NCBI GenBank assembly: GCA_002104905.1
Contig: MCFE01000339.1
Coordinates: forward strand, 1 to 64,000
Direction: 5' to 3'
From: Basidiobolus meristosporus CBS 931.73
Taxonomy: Eukaryota; Fungi; Basidiobolomycota
DNA length: 64,000 bases
Shown here: positions 48,425 to 61,989 of the stretch, piece by piece
Layout of the letters: the number at the start of each line of letters is the position of its first letter
Numbering within the stretch: position 1 is the first letter of the stretch
The notes under the pieces: generated by a model
What the model was told of the DNA's origin: nothing
Seen by the model: only the letters and a program-made list of their open reading frames with translations
The model's database searches: none
Position numbers and translations under genes: made by a program

Positions 48425-51400
48425 ATGTTAGACAATCAAGAATGGAAGAATGCCATGCAGCAAATTCTGGCTCAACAGCAACAGTTACTCCAGATCCTCA
48501 GCCAACAGCAAAATGGAATGACTACCATGGCTCAGAGCCAGCAAAGTCCTGTTAAGAGCAACTTTAGTGTGAAGGTCAACCGGTACCATGGCAGAGTCAA
48601 TAAAAACCTGGCAACTTGGCTCTTTCAAATTGAAGAAGCTTTTAAAGCTAAAGGAATTGCTCCAGAAAGCAAGTTACATTATGCAGCTTCTTACCTGGCA
48701 GATGCAGCATTACAGTGGTACCACAGCAAGATCAGGTCAGCCACTATGATGGGATGCTCTACAATCTCTACCTGGGATGAGTTTGTGTTGGAAATTCAGG
48801 ATGCTTTTGAACCTCCACACCAGCAGACACTATCAAGAAGGAAGTTGAAGACACTCAGACAGAAAGGAATGGTTCAAGAAAACATCTATGAGTACAGATG
48901 TCTACTTGGACAAGTTAAAGAAATGGACCCCCAGGATCAAGTTGAATACTTTATTGATGGGTTGAAAGAAAGAACTCGCAAGGAAGTGAATTATTGAAGA
49001 CCTCAGACTATTAAAGAAGCCATCAAGATTGCCATTGACTATGACTCAGCTATATTTGGAGTTGGGAAGCCTACAGCGACTAGTCAGAAAGGCTACAATC
49101 ATTATGAAAGAAGACAGTCAGAAGCAGTACTAATGGAAACAGCCACTATGCAGAAGAATCCTATCTCAGAAGAATGTAAGAAGAAAGGACTTTGCTTCAA
49201 TTGCCACCAGCAAGGACATATTGCAAAGTACTGCCCTCAGAGAAGAAATGGACACCAGCCATCAAGAACCTTTAACCGCATTGAGGCCATGGAGCATAGT
49301 AACATGGGGGATGTACTTGAAGAAGACTCAGAACTCATCTTCCACATGACAGAAGAATACCTATCCCAGATGACCTCAAACTCAGGAAAGCTATTATACT
49401 TGAATGGAGTAATCAATGGAGTACCTGCCAAGATCAGGATTGACTCAGGATCATTGCATGAGTACATGTCAGAGCAATTTGCTCTGAAAGCTCGAATCAA
49501 CTCAGAACCTACCCAATCAACTTCAGTCTCAACAGCTGATGGGAACTCTCACATAATCAATTGTATTACTCAGCCAGTAAGAATGAAGATCAATGACTAT
49601 GAAGAAGACCTACAGGGTTATATATTTGGGAACTGCAAGTTTGACCTTGTAATTGGAAAAACTTGGCTATTTTGTTGTAATCCATCAATCAACTGGAGAA
49701 ATCATGCTACTCAGATCCAAAAAGACAACAAGACCTATGAGCTATTACCTGCCTGGCTGGATTTCAACTTGGTCAATTCCAGTATGTGTGAGATAGGTGA
49801 ACTTAGCAAGACCCAGTTCTGTAGAGCGCTTAGAAAAGGTACCCAGATGTTCCTCATGGCAGTATTACAGGAGGATTCCGTTACCCCAGCACCCCAGCAG
49901 GTCCAGACTCTCTTGAAGAAATATTCAGACATGTTTCCAGAGGAGCTTGTAAGCTTACCACCAGTCAGAGATGTGGATCATGCCATTGACACAGGAGATA
50001 GCCCTCCAGTGAGCAAGACACCTTACAGAATGAGTCCATTGGAATTGGAGGAAATGAAGAGACAAATTGATCAGCTATTGGAGCAAGGATACATCAGACC
50101 CAGCAGGTCACCTTGGGGAGCACCAGTGCTTTGTGTGAAAAAGAAGGATGGAACACTTGGGATGTGCATTGACTACAGAGCCCTGAACTCAGTTACCGTC
50201 AAGAATAAGTACCCCATAACTTGGATTGATGAGCTCCTGGACCAACTTAATGGAGCCACTATTTTCAGCAAGATTGACCTCATGTCAGGATACAACCAGA
50301 TTAGGGTGAAGCCAGAAGACATCCCTAAGACAGCATTCAGGACCAGATATGGACATTACAAGTACTTAGTCATGAGTTTTGGCCTCACCAATGCCCCTGC
50401 AACTTTCATGACCCTGATGCAGACTGTCTTCCAGGAGTACTTAGACAAGTTTGTCATAATCTACCTAGATGATATACTGATATACTCCAAGACAGAAGAG
50501 GATCACTTGGCGCACAGTGAAAAGGTCTTGATGAAGCTAAGAGAGAACAAGCTTTATGGCAAGCTACCCCAGTGTGAATTCTTCAAGGAACACATTGAAT
50601 ATCTGGGACACATAGTAACTAGCCCAGGAGTAACCTTAGACCCCAAGAAGGTGGAAGTGATCAAGAATCTGAAGCAGCCCCATAGCATATCAGAGCTCAG
50701 ATCATTCCTTGGAATGGTTTCCTATTATTAGAGATTTGTCAAGTTGTTTTCAAGTATTGCAGCCCCTTTAACTGATATCCTCACAAAAGACAATACCTAC
50801 AAGTGGGACATAGTTTGTGAGACTGCCTTCCAGACGCTCATGAATGAGCTTGCTAAGCTGCCAAGCTTAAGAATATCAGACTTTAGAAAAGAGTTCACTC
50901 TCTGCACAGATGCTTCAGATTATGCAATTGGTGGAGTGCTGAGTAAAGAACACAAGGAAGAGGACTACCATGTTGCCTTTGAATCCAAGAAACTGAACTC
51001 AGCAGAACAAAACTATCCAGTCCATGAGAAGGAGATGCTTGCCACAATACACTGTTTGAGGACATGGAGATGCTATATTGAAGGAGTCAAATGCCCTGTG
51101 AAGACTGATCATGCCTCCCTCAAGTATATACTTACTCAGAAGGTACTCTCTAGAAGAATGACAAGATGGAGTGAATACATTCAGCAATTTGACCTGGAGA
51201 TTGTCTACTGCCCTGGAAAAAACAACACGGTTGCTGATGCCTTATCAAGATTAGATCAAGTTGCACAACTCAACTTGGTGCATGAATCAGATTGGCCTAG
51301 CCTATTACCAAAGTACTGGAGGACCAATTCATTCCTAATGAGGTCGATGAAGATGTCAAGAAGATAATCCGTGATGAAGCCAGCAAATTTGTAGTACAGG

Positions 51401-53293
51401 ATGAAACACTCTACCAGATTGTTGATGGAAGCTCTATTGCCTATTGCCCTTATGTTTCTTGCCTGGATTTAATAGACTTGTTCCGTTGGATAGTGCCACA
51501 TTGAGCCATGAGTGCCAAATGATGCCATAGTGTGCAGAGAGGTCAAGTGAGCCTATACTTGGCCACAGAGTGTGAAACATAGCTCTGCTTCCTCATGTAA
51601 AGCAGTCCCTGTGTTTCACCCATTGCGCAGGAGAAAATCCATTTTTTGACCTTTTTTTGTGGATCAATGTAGCTCAGGATGTGTAAGAGCACAGGAGAAC
51701 TGAAGATATGCATCTGGTACTCAATACCCATGGCACTCTGAATCTAGCTCCTGTAGCTTGTATCATGTCACAAAAATGAATGGCACTATCTTGGTCCACT
51801 GGCACTATCTGGCACTATAAGTGCTTTGTATAGATCTTACTTTAGGGCTAATATTTAAATATAGTGCCAGATAATACCGGTGGACCAAGATAGTGCCATT
51901 CATTTTTGTGACATGATACAAGCTACAGGAGCTAGATTCAGAGTGCCATGGGTATTGAGTACCAGATGCATATCTTCAGCTCTCCTGTGCTCTTACACAT
52001 CCTGAGCTACATTGATTCACAAAAAAAGTTCAAAAAATGGATTTTCTCCAACACAATGGGTGAAACACAGGGGCTGCTTTGCATGAAGATGTGGAGCTGT
52101 GTTTCACACTCTGTGGCCAGGTAGAGGCTCAATTGGCCTCTCTGGCACACTATGGCATCATTTGGCACTCATGGCTCAATGTGGCACTATCCAACGGAAC
52201 AAGTCTAATACATAAGCTACACAATGGATATGGACACCTTGGAGTTGAAGGAACCTATAGTCTTGTGAAAGCCGGAGCATGGTGGCACAGAATAAAACAA
52301 GACATTGAGAAGCAAGTGAAAACATGCCCAAATTGCTAAATCAACCAAAGCCATTCACAGGGAATTGCCAAACTCTTTCCCTTGGAGCCTGTAAGACCAT
52401 TTGAAAGATGGGGAATTGACTTTATTGGAAGACTGCCAACTACCAGGAAATGCAACCATTGAATCCTAGTAGCAATTGACCATGCCAATAAATGGCCAGT
52501 TACTAAAGCTGTACCAATAGCCAGTGAACAAGAAGTTGCAAGTTTCATTTACCATGAGATCCTAAAGAAGTTTGGATGCCCTGTGGAGATCTTATTGGAT
52601 AGCGGAGCAGACTTTATGGCAAAGACATTAGAGGCTTACCTGGAAATGCAGCAGATCAGACACTTGAAAACCTTGGCATATTGCCCCAGAACTAATGGAG
52701 TCATTGAGCGGTTTAATGGATTATTTAGAAAAATGCTGATCAAGTATGCAAATGGAGTTGTCAGTAGTTGGGATGAGTATATATACCAAGCACTCTTTGC
52801 ATGCAGAGTCAGAGTACACAACACCACCCTAAAATCACCATTTTACTTAGTTTATGGATGTGAACCAAGGATTCCAGGATATCTCACACAACAAAAGCTT
52901 ACAGACACCTTAGAAGATGAACTCAGTCAGCCAAGTAGACACCAGCAACTGGAACAAAGAAGTCAAGAGGCACAGACCAAAGTATCTCAAAGTGCAGAAA
53001 AGATGAAGCAGAGATTTGATAAGACTATAACACCAGAAGCATTGACAGTTGGGAACTTTGTATTGCTAAGAAACAACACTTGGAAGAAGTTTGAGCCACA
53101 ATGGACAGGAAAATTCAAGATCATCAGAGAATGTCCATTTGCAACTGACCAACTGGTGGACAAACAAGGCAATATCCGGGAAGACTTAGTGCATAGGGAC
53201 AGACTCAAGCTTGCGAGACTTGCTGATAATACTGAACCATCAAGATATTGGTATCACAAGAAAAGAGATTCAGGCAAACCCTCTCAACTTTAG
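48425..53293 (+). pseudogene. Gypsy gag-pol pseudogene (gag, CCHC knuckle, protease, RT, RNase H, integrase); no chromodomain seen
   Basis: WLFQIEEAF, CFNCHQQGHIAKYC, IDSG, YLDD, TDASDYAIGGVL, HLGVEGT..W...CPNC and NGVIERFN. In-frame stops at 48995 and 50729, plus frameshifts and a MITE insertion. Confidence 0.93.
51474..52206. mobile_element. 733-bp foldback MITE (arms of about 345 bp, spacer of about 40 bp), TSD AAT
   Basis: AAT at 51471-51473 and 52207-52209. Removal restores the pol text L-D-L-I-H-K-L-H. Confidence 0.95.
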
Positions 53294-54895
53294 TAGGGGA
53301 GAATGTTATGATCTGCCGCTTGAATGTTTAAGTTAGATCAGTTTTTAGTCAGATTAATTAGTATATGTTTAGGTTATCATTATATCAGTATTATCTATGA
53401 AATCAGTGGCATTAGTCAGCAAATGAATCAGCAGATCCTTATCAGACAGAAATAGATATATTAAGTAGGATCTTATTGGGTGATGATGATGCAATCAAAT
53501 GAGTCATCCACCACAACCTACATTAGGAAATACAATTAGTCAGCAATTGATCTGGCAAAATGTATATAAGGAGCTGCTGGAACCTCAATAAAAATCTGTC
53601 CAAGTTTTAGTGAATACAATACTAGCTAAACTCCCTATTCCTCTACAACTCTTATACCAAGACTTGTAACAGTTGCTTGTGGTCTGTATTCTTCCTCTTG
53701 AAGCTCACCTCCTGATTCCTCAAGGTATTCACTTACCCTCTGTCTAATACTTTGGAAGTGTTGCCTGGATGAGTCCTGAATATATTGCTCTCAGAAGTCA
53801 CTTAGTTCTACTAATACATCACATAATACATTAGTGATTTGAGGCCAAAACTCATTCAAAATCTCTTTGGTCCCTAAAGTCAAGGCACGAACAGACATGT
53901 CCGGCCCATTCTGGGCAAATTGCACGCAAAATTGTTACTGCACTGCTTCCTCATTAATTCCCCTCACTCTCAGCTGATTCTGGATTTCAATACTTATCTT
54001 GTTATATGTCTTCTTACATACATCTGCTGGCATCTTGATGTAGACCTCATGCCACAGCTTTCTACTCAGGTTCTTCCATCTCTGTTGATTCTCCAAGGTA
54101 TCTAGTTCTGCTAGATTAATGAGTAGTGCCCAAATATCTGTATGAGGGCTCATCATAGACACTTGGGCCATACTGAAATCTTTTAGCAAGAACTCACTCA
54201 GATCCAGCATTGCCTTTTCTGGACCACACCATGCTTGTGAGCTGGGGGATGGGTTTTGCCTGGGTTGAACTAAAGATGAGTTGAGATGTGGTATAGGGAC
54301 CATAGGGATGGATTTGGATACTTATACAGTGGTGTATTGGCAACAGCCTGCTCTTATATAAAATATATATGAAAACTAATGTGATTGTTGAATTTTCCAT
54401 GTATAGTGCATGATGCATCTCTGATTGCATTGACACAGATCAAATCACATCAATTGCAGACTTCTTATTTGATTACAGACTTGTGAGTAAAACATCAGTA
54501 AAAATACCCAGTCATTGTTTGAGGATGATCTTTGCATCATAATGATGGGATACATGGCAATTGATGGAGATTTAATCATAATGCATGGAAAATCAGATAA
54601 ATAAAGCTAATTGTGCCAAATCTTTTCAAATCACCTTGGCCTAATCCTCCACCTATTTCAATAAGACTTACTCATCTGAGTGGTCTTTTCTCATCAATCC
54701 CATCACCACCACTGGATTTCATTTTGACACTCTAGAGGAGATCTATACCAAGTACTGTGGTCCATCTACCCCAATCTACTCAAGGAGATCCCTTGTTAAG
54801 CTTCTCTGCTATTACAAGAACTATGCCCTACAAGGTTTCATTCCACCATCCATAGCAACAAAGGACCTAGAAGCTTTCATTCCCAGCTGACAGCA

Positions 54896-55591
54896 ATGGA
54901 GAACCACCTTGCAGAGGGTATGAATGACTTAGAGCAAGCTTGGAGTACTAGGTTCAGAAGCTCCAATAGACTTCCATATCCCAGAGTGTTCAGCAATAGG
55001 TTCTGTATAAGGAGTATTTTGGATACTTTCCCAGTCAGAATTTACAGACCTTCTAGAGGGCAGAGGCACTTTTATTCTGGCAAGTAGAAGGCACACTATG
55101 TGAAGCTTCAAGCACTGTCTGACATTGATGTTGGCATCAGTTGGTTTAGTGGGCCATTTGCTGGAAGTAGGCATGACTAAGCACTCTGGGTAGAAAATCA
55201 TTCAGAATTCAGTAGAGGGGAGAAATGTATGGCAGTCTTAGCTCATATGGGAGAGGATTGTCAGAGATTAGAATGTATTACAGCTTTTAGGAAGCCAAGG
55301 AATGATGTGCTTAGCAGGAAGCAGAAGCTCAACAATAAGATATTTAATCATTTCAGAGTGAGGGTAGAGCATACATTTAGATATCTGAGGATACTCAGCA
55401 TATTGGCAGATAAATACAGAGGAAAGTCACATATAGGAGAAAGCAGCAGAATAGGTAAAATAGCTAAGATGCTTATCAATGCACAGTATATTCATACAAG
55501 AAGACATCCACTGAGAGAATTGTGTCTGGAGCATTATGAAGAGCAAATAAAGCAAGGAAAGCACTACTCTGAGCAACATAAGATTGGGTAA
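54896..55591 (+). pseudogene. IS5/ISL2EU-like DDE transposase (DDE_Tnp_4) pseudogene
   Basis: One frame with two stops: ILDTFPVRIYRP..Q.HFYSGK*KAH.VKLQ...SGPFAGSRHD*...TAFRKPR...QK.NN....RVRVEH.F. Confidence 0.85.
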
Positions 55592-56759
55592 AATTACCAG
55601 TAACTATATCCCACCACTAGCATTATGGTAGAAGTTATAGTGCCAGATTGTGCCAGATTGATCTGGCACTATAAACAGGCTGGCACTATGTGGCACTATC
55701 CAATGGAACAAGTCTAGTATGTATCAAGCAACCAGTATCCTAGGTAGAGAATGCAGTGTCTTTGCTGTAAAGAAGGAACACAGGCAGCTCAATGTCACAG
55801 CCACAAATTGTACCATTTCCCAATGTAACAGAGAGAATAACACAGTCTTTAAAGCACAACAACAGTGCACAAAGATAAGCCCATAGAAAAGCCTATCAAA
55901 GCATAGTAAGGAGAGAATGTGTTGTTTATACTTGGGCCTGAGAATTAAGAAACACTGAAGAGCCATAAAGTGAATGGGTGCAGGCTTATGTATAAGGGGC
56001 TATGAGAGGTTTAGCATACTGTCACCTTAAGGAAGGTATACCATGGAACCATCAGGAACTCAAGACCAAGCAGAATGAGCTTGACTTGCTACTTGATCAT
56101 TTTCATGGATTCAAGTAAGCAAAAGATTTTGGGCCAGTATTGATATGTTAAGGAAGTATCTCAACAATATCCAAAACTATTAAAGGCAGGAGAACACAGG
56201 TGCCATGGCAGTGATAATGAAAAAGGTAAAGGGAAAAAAGTCTACCCAAGTCAGGGACAGAGAAGCGTGAGAAAAAAGCTGCAGTTCTTACTAATTGAGA
56301 CTCTAAGTCTTGAACAGGCTGAATCTCATCAAAGTCAAAGAAATACCAACAAGACAAAAGCTGTTTTCCTAAGATTTGTAAGCTCAGCCAGAGGAGCCAC
56401 AGCTCAGTGAGGTAGATGAGATTGCAGAGAAAGGCAACTTTTCAATCATAGCCTCCACAACTTCCACTGTAGACAGTGCAGATATGCAACTGTCAGATAC
56501 AGAAACAATTTCAAGGACTCAAAAAAGATCATAATGCCTATAATGGAATCTTGGAACATGAATAGGAATACCAAGAGGCTGTAGCACTTCCTAAAGAGCA
56601 GTGCTCAAGATAGCACACATGAATTTTGCAAGGATTTTTGCTAAGACTGGCAGATGAGGTGCTAGACCATGCAGTGCTGGCTGAAGACCAAGAAATATGG
56701 AAATCAGTGAATGAACAGTGGCATAAAGCCATAGGGTTTCTGTCAAAGTAATGGAAAAG

Positions 56760-59700
56760 TGTTGAAATATTGAACTATTTGGTATCATTCAGCAGCTAAA
56801 AATTTACTTAACAATTCTAGACTAGTCTTAGTCACTGTAGGACTCATTTACTGCCTTAACTTTGCCACTTTCTCCAGATATATGAGCTTATGATTAATCC
56901 CCTATAGTCAGGATCAAATTAGCATTATTACCAAACATTAAGTACTAACCCTGAAACTGTTACAGAATGCTCCTGAATGTTGAGAAACCCTCACTACTTA
57001 GTGTTATAGCTGTATTACTTCTACAAAGGCATATATACTGAGCTTCTTTATGAATAAACAACAGTTCAACTATTATCACTATTTCTTGATAAGCTCCTTA
57101 TATCCAAATCACTTCTTAAATTGCAACAGGTCATGAGCCCCAATTGCCTTAATCTATTCTAAAGATGACTTCTATCAGCAAACAAAGCAATACCAACATC
57201 TTCCCTGTAAAGGAGAGGTTTGATGGAAAGAACTACAGACTTTGGAGAATCAAGATGCAGATCCACCTTGAGGAAAGAATGCTTTGGAACATAGTAACAG
57301 GAAAGGAAGTTGAGCCCAAAGGAACAGCAGAAGATGTGGAGAAGTTTCAAGAGAAGGAGAGAAAGGCCTTCAATGCCATATGCATCAATATGCAAGACTC
57401 CTTGATTGGACAAATGCATGCCTCAAATACCGCCAAAGCAGCATGGGAATCCTTAGAGAAGATCTTTAGAGCAAAGTCAGCATCAAGCAAGCTTTATTTG
57501 AAACAAATGTTCTTCAACATGAGGAAGAAGCCAGATGATGACATGCTACAACTCATTACCAGAATGGAGACACTTGCAGAAGAACTTTATAGTATTAATA
57601 CTGGTGTAGATGATGAAGAAAGGATACTCTGTCTGCCTTGCAGCCTACCAGGCAAGTATGAGTCACTCATACTTTCTTTTGAAGGCAGAGAAGACAACTT
57701 GACTTTAGACTATGTAAAAGGAAGACTTCTCCATGAAGAACTCAGACGTAATGATCAAGCAGAGAAAATTGAAGATAATGCTTTATTCAGTTCAGAAAGG
57801 CACACAGAAAAGAAGGTGAAGTAACAAAACCAAAGAAAACCTGGCTGTTGTAACTACTGTAAAAAGCCAGGACACTGGGCAAGAGAATGCAAGAAGAAAC
57901 AAGCGGACAAAAAACAGAAACTAGAGCAGGCAAACCATATAACTACTGATGAACAGTTATTTGTAACTGTACAAGAGAGTGCAAGTAACCAAAGTAATGA
58001 ATGGTATATTGACTCTGGAGCATCACAGCATATTTGTGGTGTAAAGGATTGGTTCAGCAACTTAAAGACTCTTCCTGTAAGAAAGGCTTATCTAGGAGAT
58101 AACTCTGCATTGGAAGCTACCACCAGTGGGTCTATACAACTAGATATGAGTGATAACTCAGGGGCAACAACAGCAAAACTCACTGACGTACTCTATGTAC
58201 CTGGAATAGGTAAGAACCTACTCTCAGTCAGTAAAGCAACTACTCAGGGACTGAAATGCGCTTTTACTAAGCTGAACTACTCAATATTGAGTGGAAATGG
58301 ATAAAAATTAGCTTTGGGAATCAGAGATCATAATATATACAAGTTACAATGCAAGATCATTTTACCTGAGTATGGCAACATTGCTGAAACTGATGATGGG
58401 AGACATGGCATAGGAGGCTAGGACACATTGGGGAACTGACAATGAGCCAATTGGTGAAAAATCAGCTTGTTTTGGGCATAAACTACTCAATTCCAATCGA
58501 ATTAAATGTTTGTAAGGGATGTTTATATGGCAAACAAGCTAGGCAACATTTCAAGAGCTCAGAAGGCATCAATACCACCAAAATATTGGCAATTGTATAC
58601 TCAGACATATGTGGCCTCACGAGAACATTGTCCTTTGGAGCCAAGAGATTCTTTATGACATTTATTGATGACAAGACAAGATATACATGGGTGTACTTCC
58701 TCAAAACAAAGGATGAAGCTTTAGAGACGTTTAAGCACTTCAAGAACATGGCAGTAACACTAACTGGGTGTAAATTGAAGGTACTACAAAATGACAATGG
58801 AGGAGAATACTGCTCAAAGGAGTTTGCAAAATACTGCTTGTCTACTGGTATACTTCAACAAATCACAGTTCCTCATACTCCACAGCAAAATGGAGTAGCA
58901 GAATGTGGAAATACAACAATAGTAGAGATGGGAAGATCTATGCTACATGATAAGGGAATGAACTACAAATTTTGGGCTGAATCTGTTGCTGCCGCTGTAT
59001 AGATCAAGAATGGATGCCCAACAACAGCACTATGTGATTCTACACTCTTTGAAGCATATACAGGCAAAAATCCAATCTCCAGCATCTCAAGATCTTTGGC
59101 AGTGATGTTTTTTATCACATTCCTGACAAAAAACGCTCGAAGTTGGAACCAAAGAGTAGCAAAGGGATCTTTCTTGGGTATTGTGAAGATACCAAAGGGT
59201 ATACAGTGTATACTGGCAAAATTCAGAAGCTGATCAAGAGCAGGGACGTTGTAGTTGAGGAGAATTCAGATCAGAAAGCCACAGAAATCATTGGCTAGCT
59301 GCCTGATGATGCAATCAGCACTAATGAAGAAGTTACATACCAAATCCAGCCAGATATAGAAGATACTTCTACCAGTTCCAGATCAGAACAGATTATCCCA
59401 ATTAGGAGATCTACTAGAATAGGAAATGCTCCTGGATCCTGGTGGCAGACATCCAACAATCATGAAGAAGCTTATCTTGCCTTATGTGTTGAACCTCAGA
59501 ATCTGGAACAGGCAATGCAAAGTACAGATGCTACTAAGTGGCAACAAGCCATGCAGGAGGAGTACCAATCTCTGATCAAGGCAAAAATGTGGGAACTGGT
59601 AAATTTACCAAATGGGAGAAAGCCAATAGGATGTAGATGGGTCTACAAGATCAAGATAATCTCAAATGGTGCTGTTGATATGTACAAGGCTACATTGATA

Positions 59701-61434
59701 GCTAAAGGCTATTCCCAGATCCAGGGAATTGACTTTAAGGAAACATTTGCTCCGGTTCCAAGTATAACTCTATTAGGACAGTTCTAGCCCTGGCAGCTGT
59801 ACACAGTCTAGATCTACACCAAATGGATGTCAAACAGCCTTTCTAAATGGGGATTTGCAAGAAACTGCATGTATGGAGCAACCAGAAGGTTTTACCGATC
59901 CAAAAAGCCCCCATAAGGTGTGCAAACTTAGAAAATTGCTCTATGGGCTTAAGCAGGCACCCAGAGCATGGTATAACAAGATTGACACATATCTAAAGGA
60001 AATTGGGTTCTCTCATAGCACTGCATACCACAGTATATATGTGAAACAGCTCAAGAAGGGTGTGATCATCCTAGCTCTTTATGTGGACGACTTAATTATA
60101 GCTACAGGTGACAAAGAGGCACTTAAACAGACAAAATCAGATCTCTTCAGCAAGTTTGAGATGAAAGATCTTGGAAAATTGAGCAATTTTCTTGGAATTG
60201 AGGTCAAATTTGACATATATACGCAGAAGATTGTGCTTAATCAGTCTAAGTACATCAGGGACATTCTTAGATGCTTCAAAATGGAAAATTGCAAACCTGC
60301 AGCAACCCCTATGGACAATAACCTGAAATTAAGCAAATCTCAGCCAGTTATCAATGAAAATGGCTCAAATATGGACCAAAACTTTCCCTATCAATTAATG
60401 GTTGGTAGCCTAATGTACTTGATGGTGTCTACACGTTCAGATATTGCAGTGGCAGTTGGAATAGTCAGTCAATTCATGCAGAAATATGGATCAGATCAAA
60501 TTGCAGCAGTTAAGTGGATTTTCAGATATCTACAAGGTACCATAAATATGGTACTGGAATACTCTAGAGCAGCTAGTAGGCAAAAATTTGATGGTTATAG
60601 TGATTCAGATTGGGGTAGGGATCTGATTGACAGACGCTCTACCACAGGCTATGTATTTCTTTATGCTGGTGCAGCTATCACTTGGAATTGCAAGAAACAA
60701 CCAACTGTGGCACTATCTACAACTGGAGCCAAATATATGGCTGCATGTCAAGCAACTAAGGAGGCTATATGGCTACAAAAATTATTCAAAGACTTGGGTT
60801 TTAATTCTGGTGAACCAACATGTATTTACAAGGATAATCAAAGTTGTATTTCATTAGCTAGAAATCCTACTAATCATGCCAGAACTAAGCACATTGATAT
60901 ACAGCATCACTTTGTGAGGGAAGCTGTAGAAAATAACTTAGTGGAGTTAGTTTACTGCCCAACTGACAAAATGGTGGCAGACATATTGACAAAACCACTA
61001 GCTAGGCCACAATTTGAGATCCTTAGAGAGAAATTGGGATTAAGAAATTATTTAGTTGAGGGGGAGTGTTGAAATACTGGACTATTTGGTATCATTCAGC
61101 AACTAAAATTTACTTAGCAATTCTAGACTAGTCTTAGTCACTGTAGGACTCATTTACTGCCTTAACTTTGCCACTTTCTCCAGATATATTAACTTATGAT
61201 TATTCCCGTATAGTCAGGTTCAAATTAGCACTATTACCAAACATTATGTACTAACCCTGAAACTGCTACAGAATGCTCCTGAATATTGAGAAGCCCTCCC
61301 TACTTAGTGTTAGAGCTGAATTACTTCTACAAAGGTATAAATACTGAGGTTCTTTATGAATAAACAACAGTTCAACTATTATCACTATTTCTTGATAAGT
61401 TCCTTATATCCAAATCACTTCTTGAATTGCAACA
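56760..61434 (+). mobile_element. Ty1/Copia family B element, full length but decayed. LTRs 56760-57128 and 61067-61434, TSD AAAAG.
   Basis: AAAAG at 56755-56759 and 61435-61439; PBS GGTCATGAGCCC at 57129; PPT TTGAGGGGGAG. gag 57165-57824, knuckle CNYCKKPGHWAREC, WYIDSGAS, integrase 58442-59002, RT/RNase H to 61072. Confidence 0.95.
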
Positions 61435-61989
61435 AAAAGAGCATTACAGCCAAAATACCTGCTTAATGGTAAATTTCAATAAAGGTGCTTATCAGGTGTG
61501 GAGTTTGGTGCAATATGAGTGTATAATATGTGTACTTATATAGGTTAATGCAAATGGCAACTAAGGTAGAGCCAAAGTTTCACCGGAAGCAAATTAACTT
61601 GTATGGATAATAAGTAAGAGATTTTTTTGAGTCAGGAAGTAAGGAGTGTGAAAAACAGACACCTGCCAATCAGTGTGCACAAATGTATGATGTGATTGAG
61701 TGTTTAGGATCAGAAAGTGAGAGAACTTGCAGAGGACCAAACAAAAGCCACTTTTATATTGTTGTGATGACAAATTGTGACCAAAATCTTGTGACATCTA
61801 GGATGCAGTTACTTTTCAATAGTCTTTGCACAGTGTCCTCATGAGATCATTACCTCTTGGTCTCAAGACCTTAATTTTGCAATGGCCTTTTGATGGGATC
61901 ATCTCAATTATTTCTTATAGTGCTAATTGCTGCAGGTATACTCTACAATTGGTAGTAGCAGGGGCCTATTGTCATGTTGATAGCTAATA

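Larger units (their letters stand above)
47999..53671 (+). mobile_element. Ty3/Gypsy LTR retrotransposon. LTRs 47999-48366 and 53304-53671 (368 bp each), 4-bp TSD GTTG.
   Basis: PBS TGGTAGCAG at 48368 and PPT AGTAGGGGAGAA before 53304. The LTRs differ at about 19 positions by hand count. Confidence 0.95.
46639..55715. mobile_element. IS5/PIF-Harbinger (PHIS, ISL2EU-like) DNA transposon relic, about 3.4 kb net, carrying a nested Gypsy element
   Basis: TIR AGACTTGTTCCATTG at both ends with flanks AAT/AGT. Host CACTA sequence is contiguous across the insert. It holds a DDE_Tnp_4-like frame at 54896-55591 and a low-complexity minus-strand ORF (47379-47993) split by the Gypsy. Confidence 0.85.
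46332..61922 (+). mobile_element. CACTA family copy 4 (ORF2 half, more diverged), split by nested insertions into 46332-46638, 55716-56759 and 61435-61922; ends ...TTATAGTG (CACTA)
   Basis: The pieces rejoin colinearly with 783-1140, 1141-2590 and 2595-3078 of copy 1. Confidence 0.82.

Noticed and set aside
52079-52339. In-frame fusion of MITE arm sequence to the Gypsy integrase zinc finger
   Set aside because: A chance product of insertion into an already broken pol; the frame stops after 86 aa.
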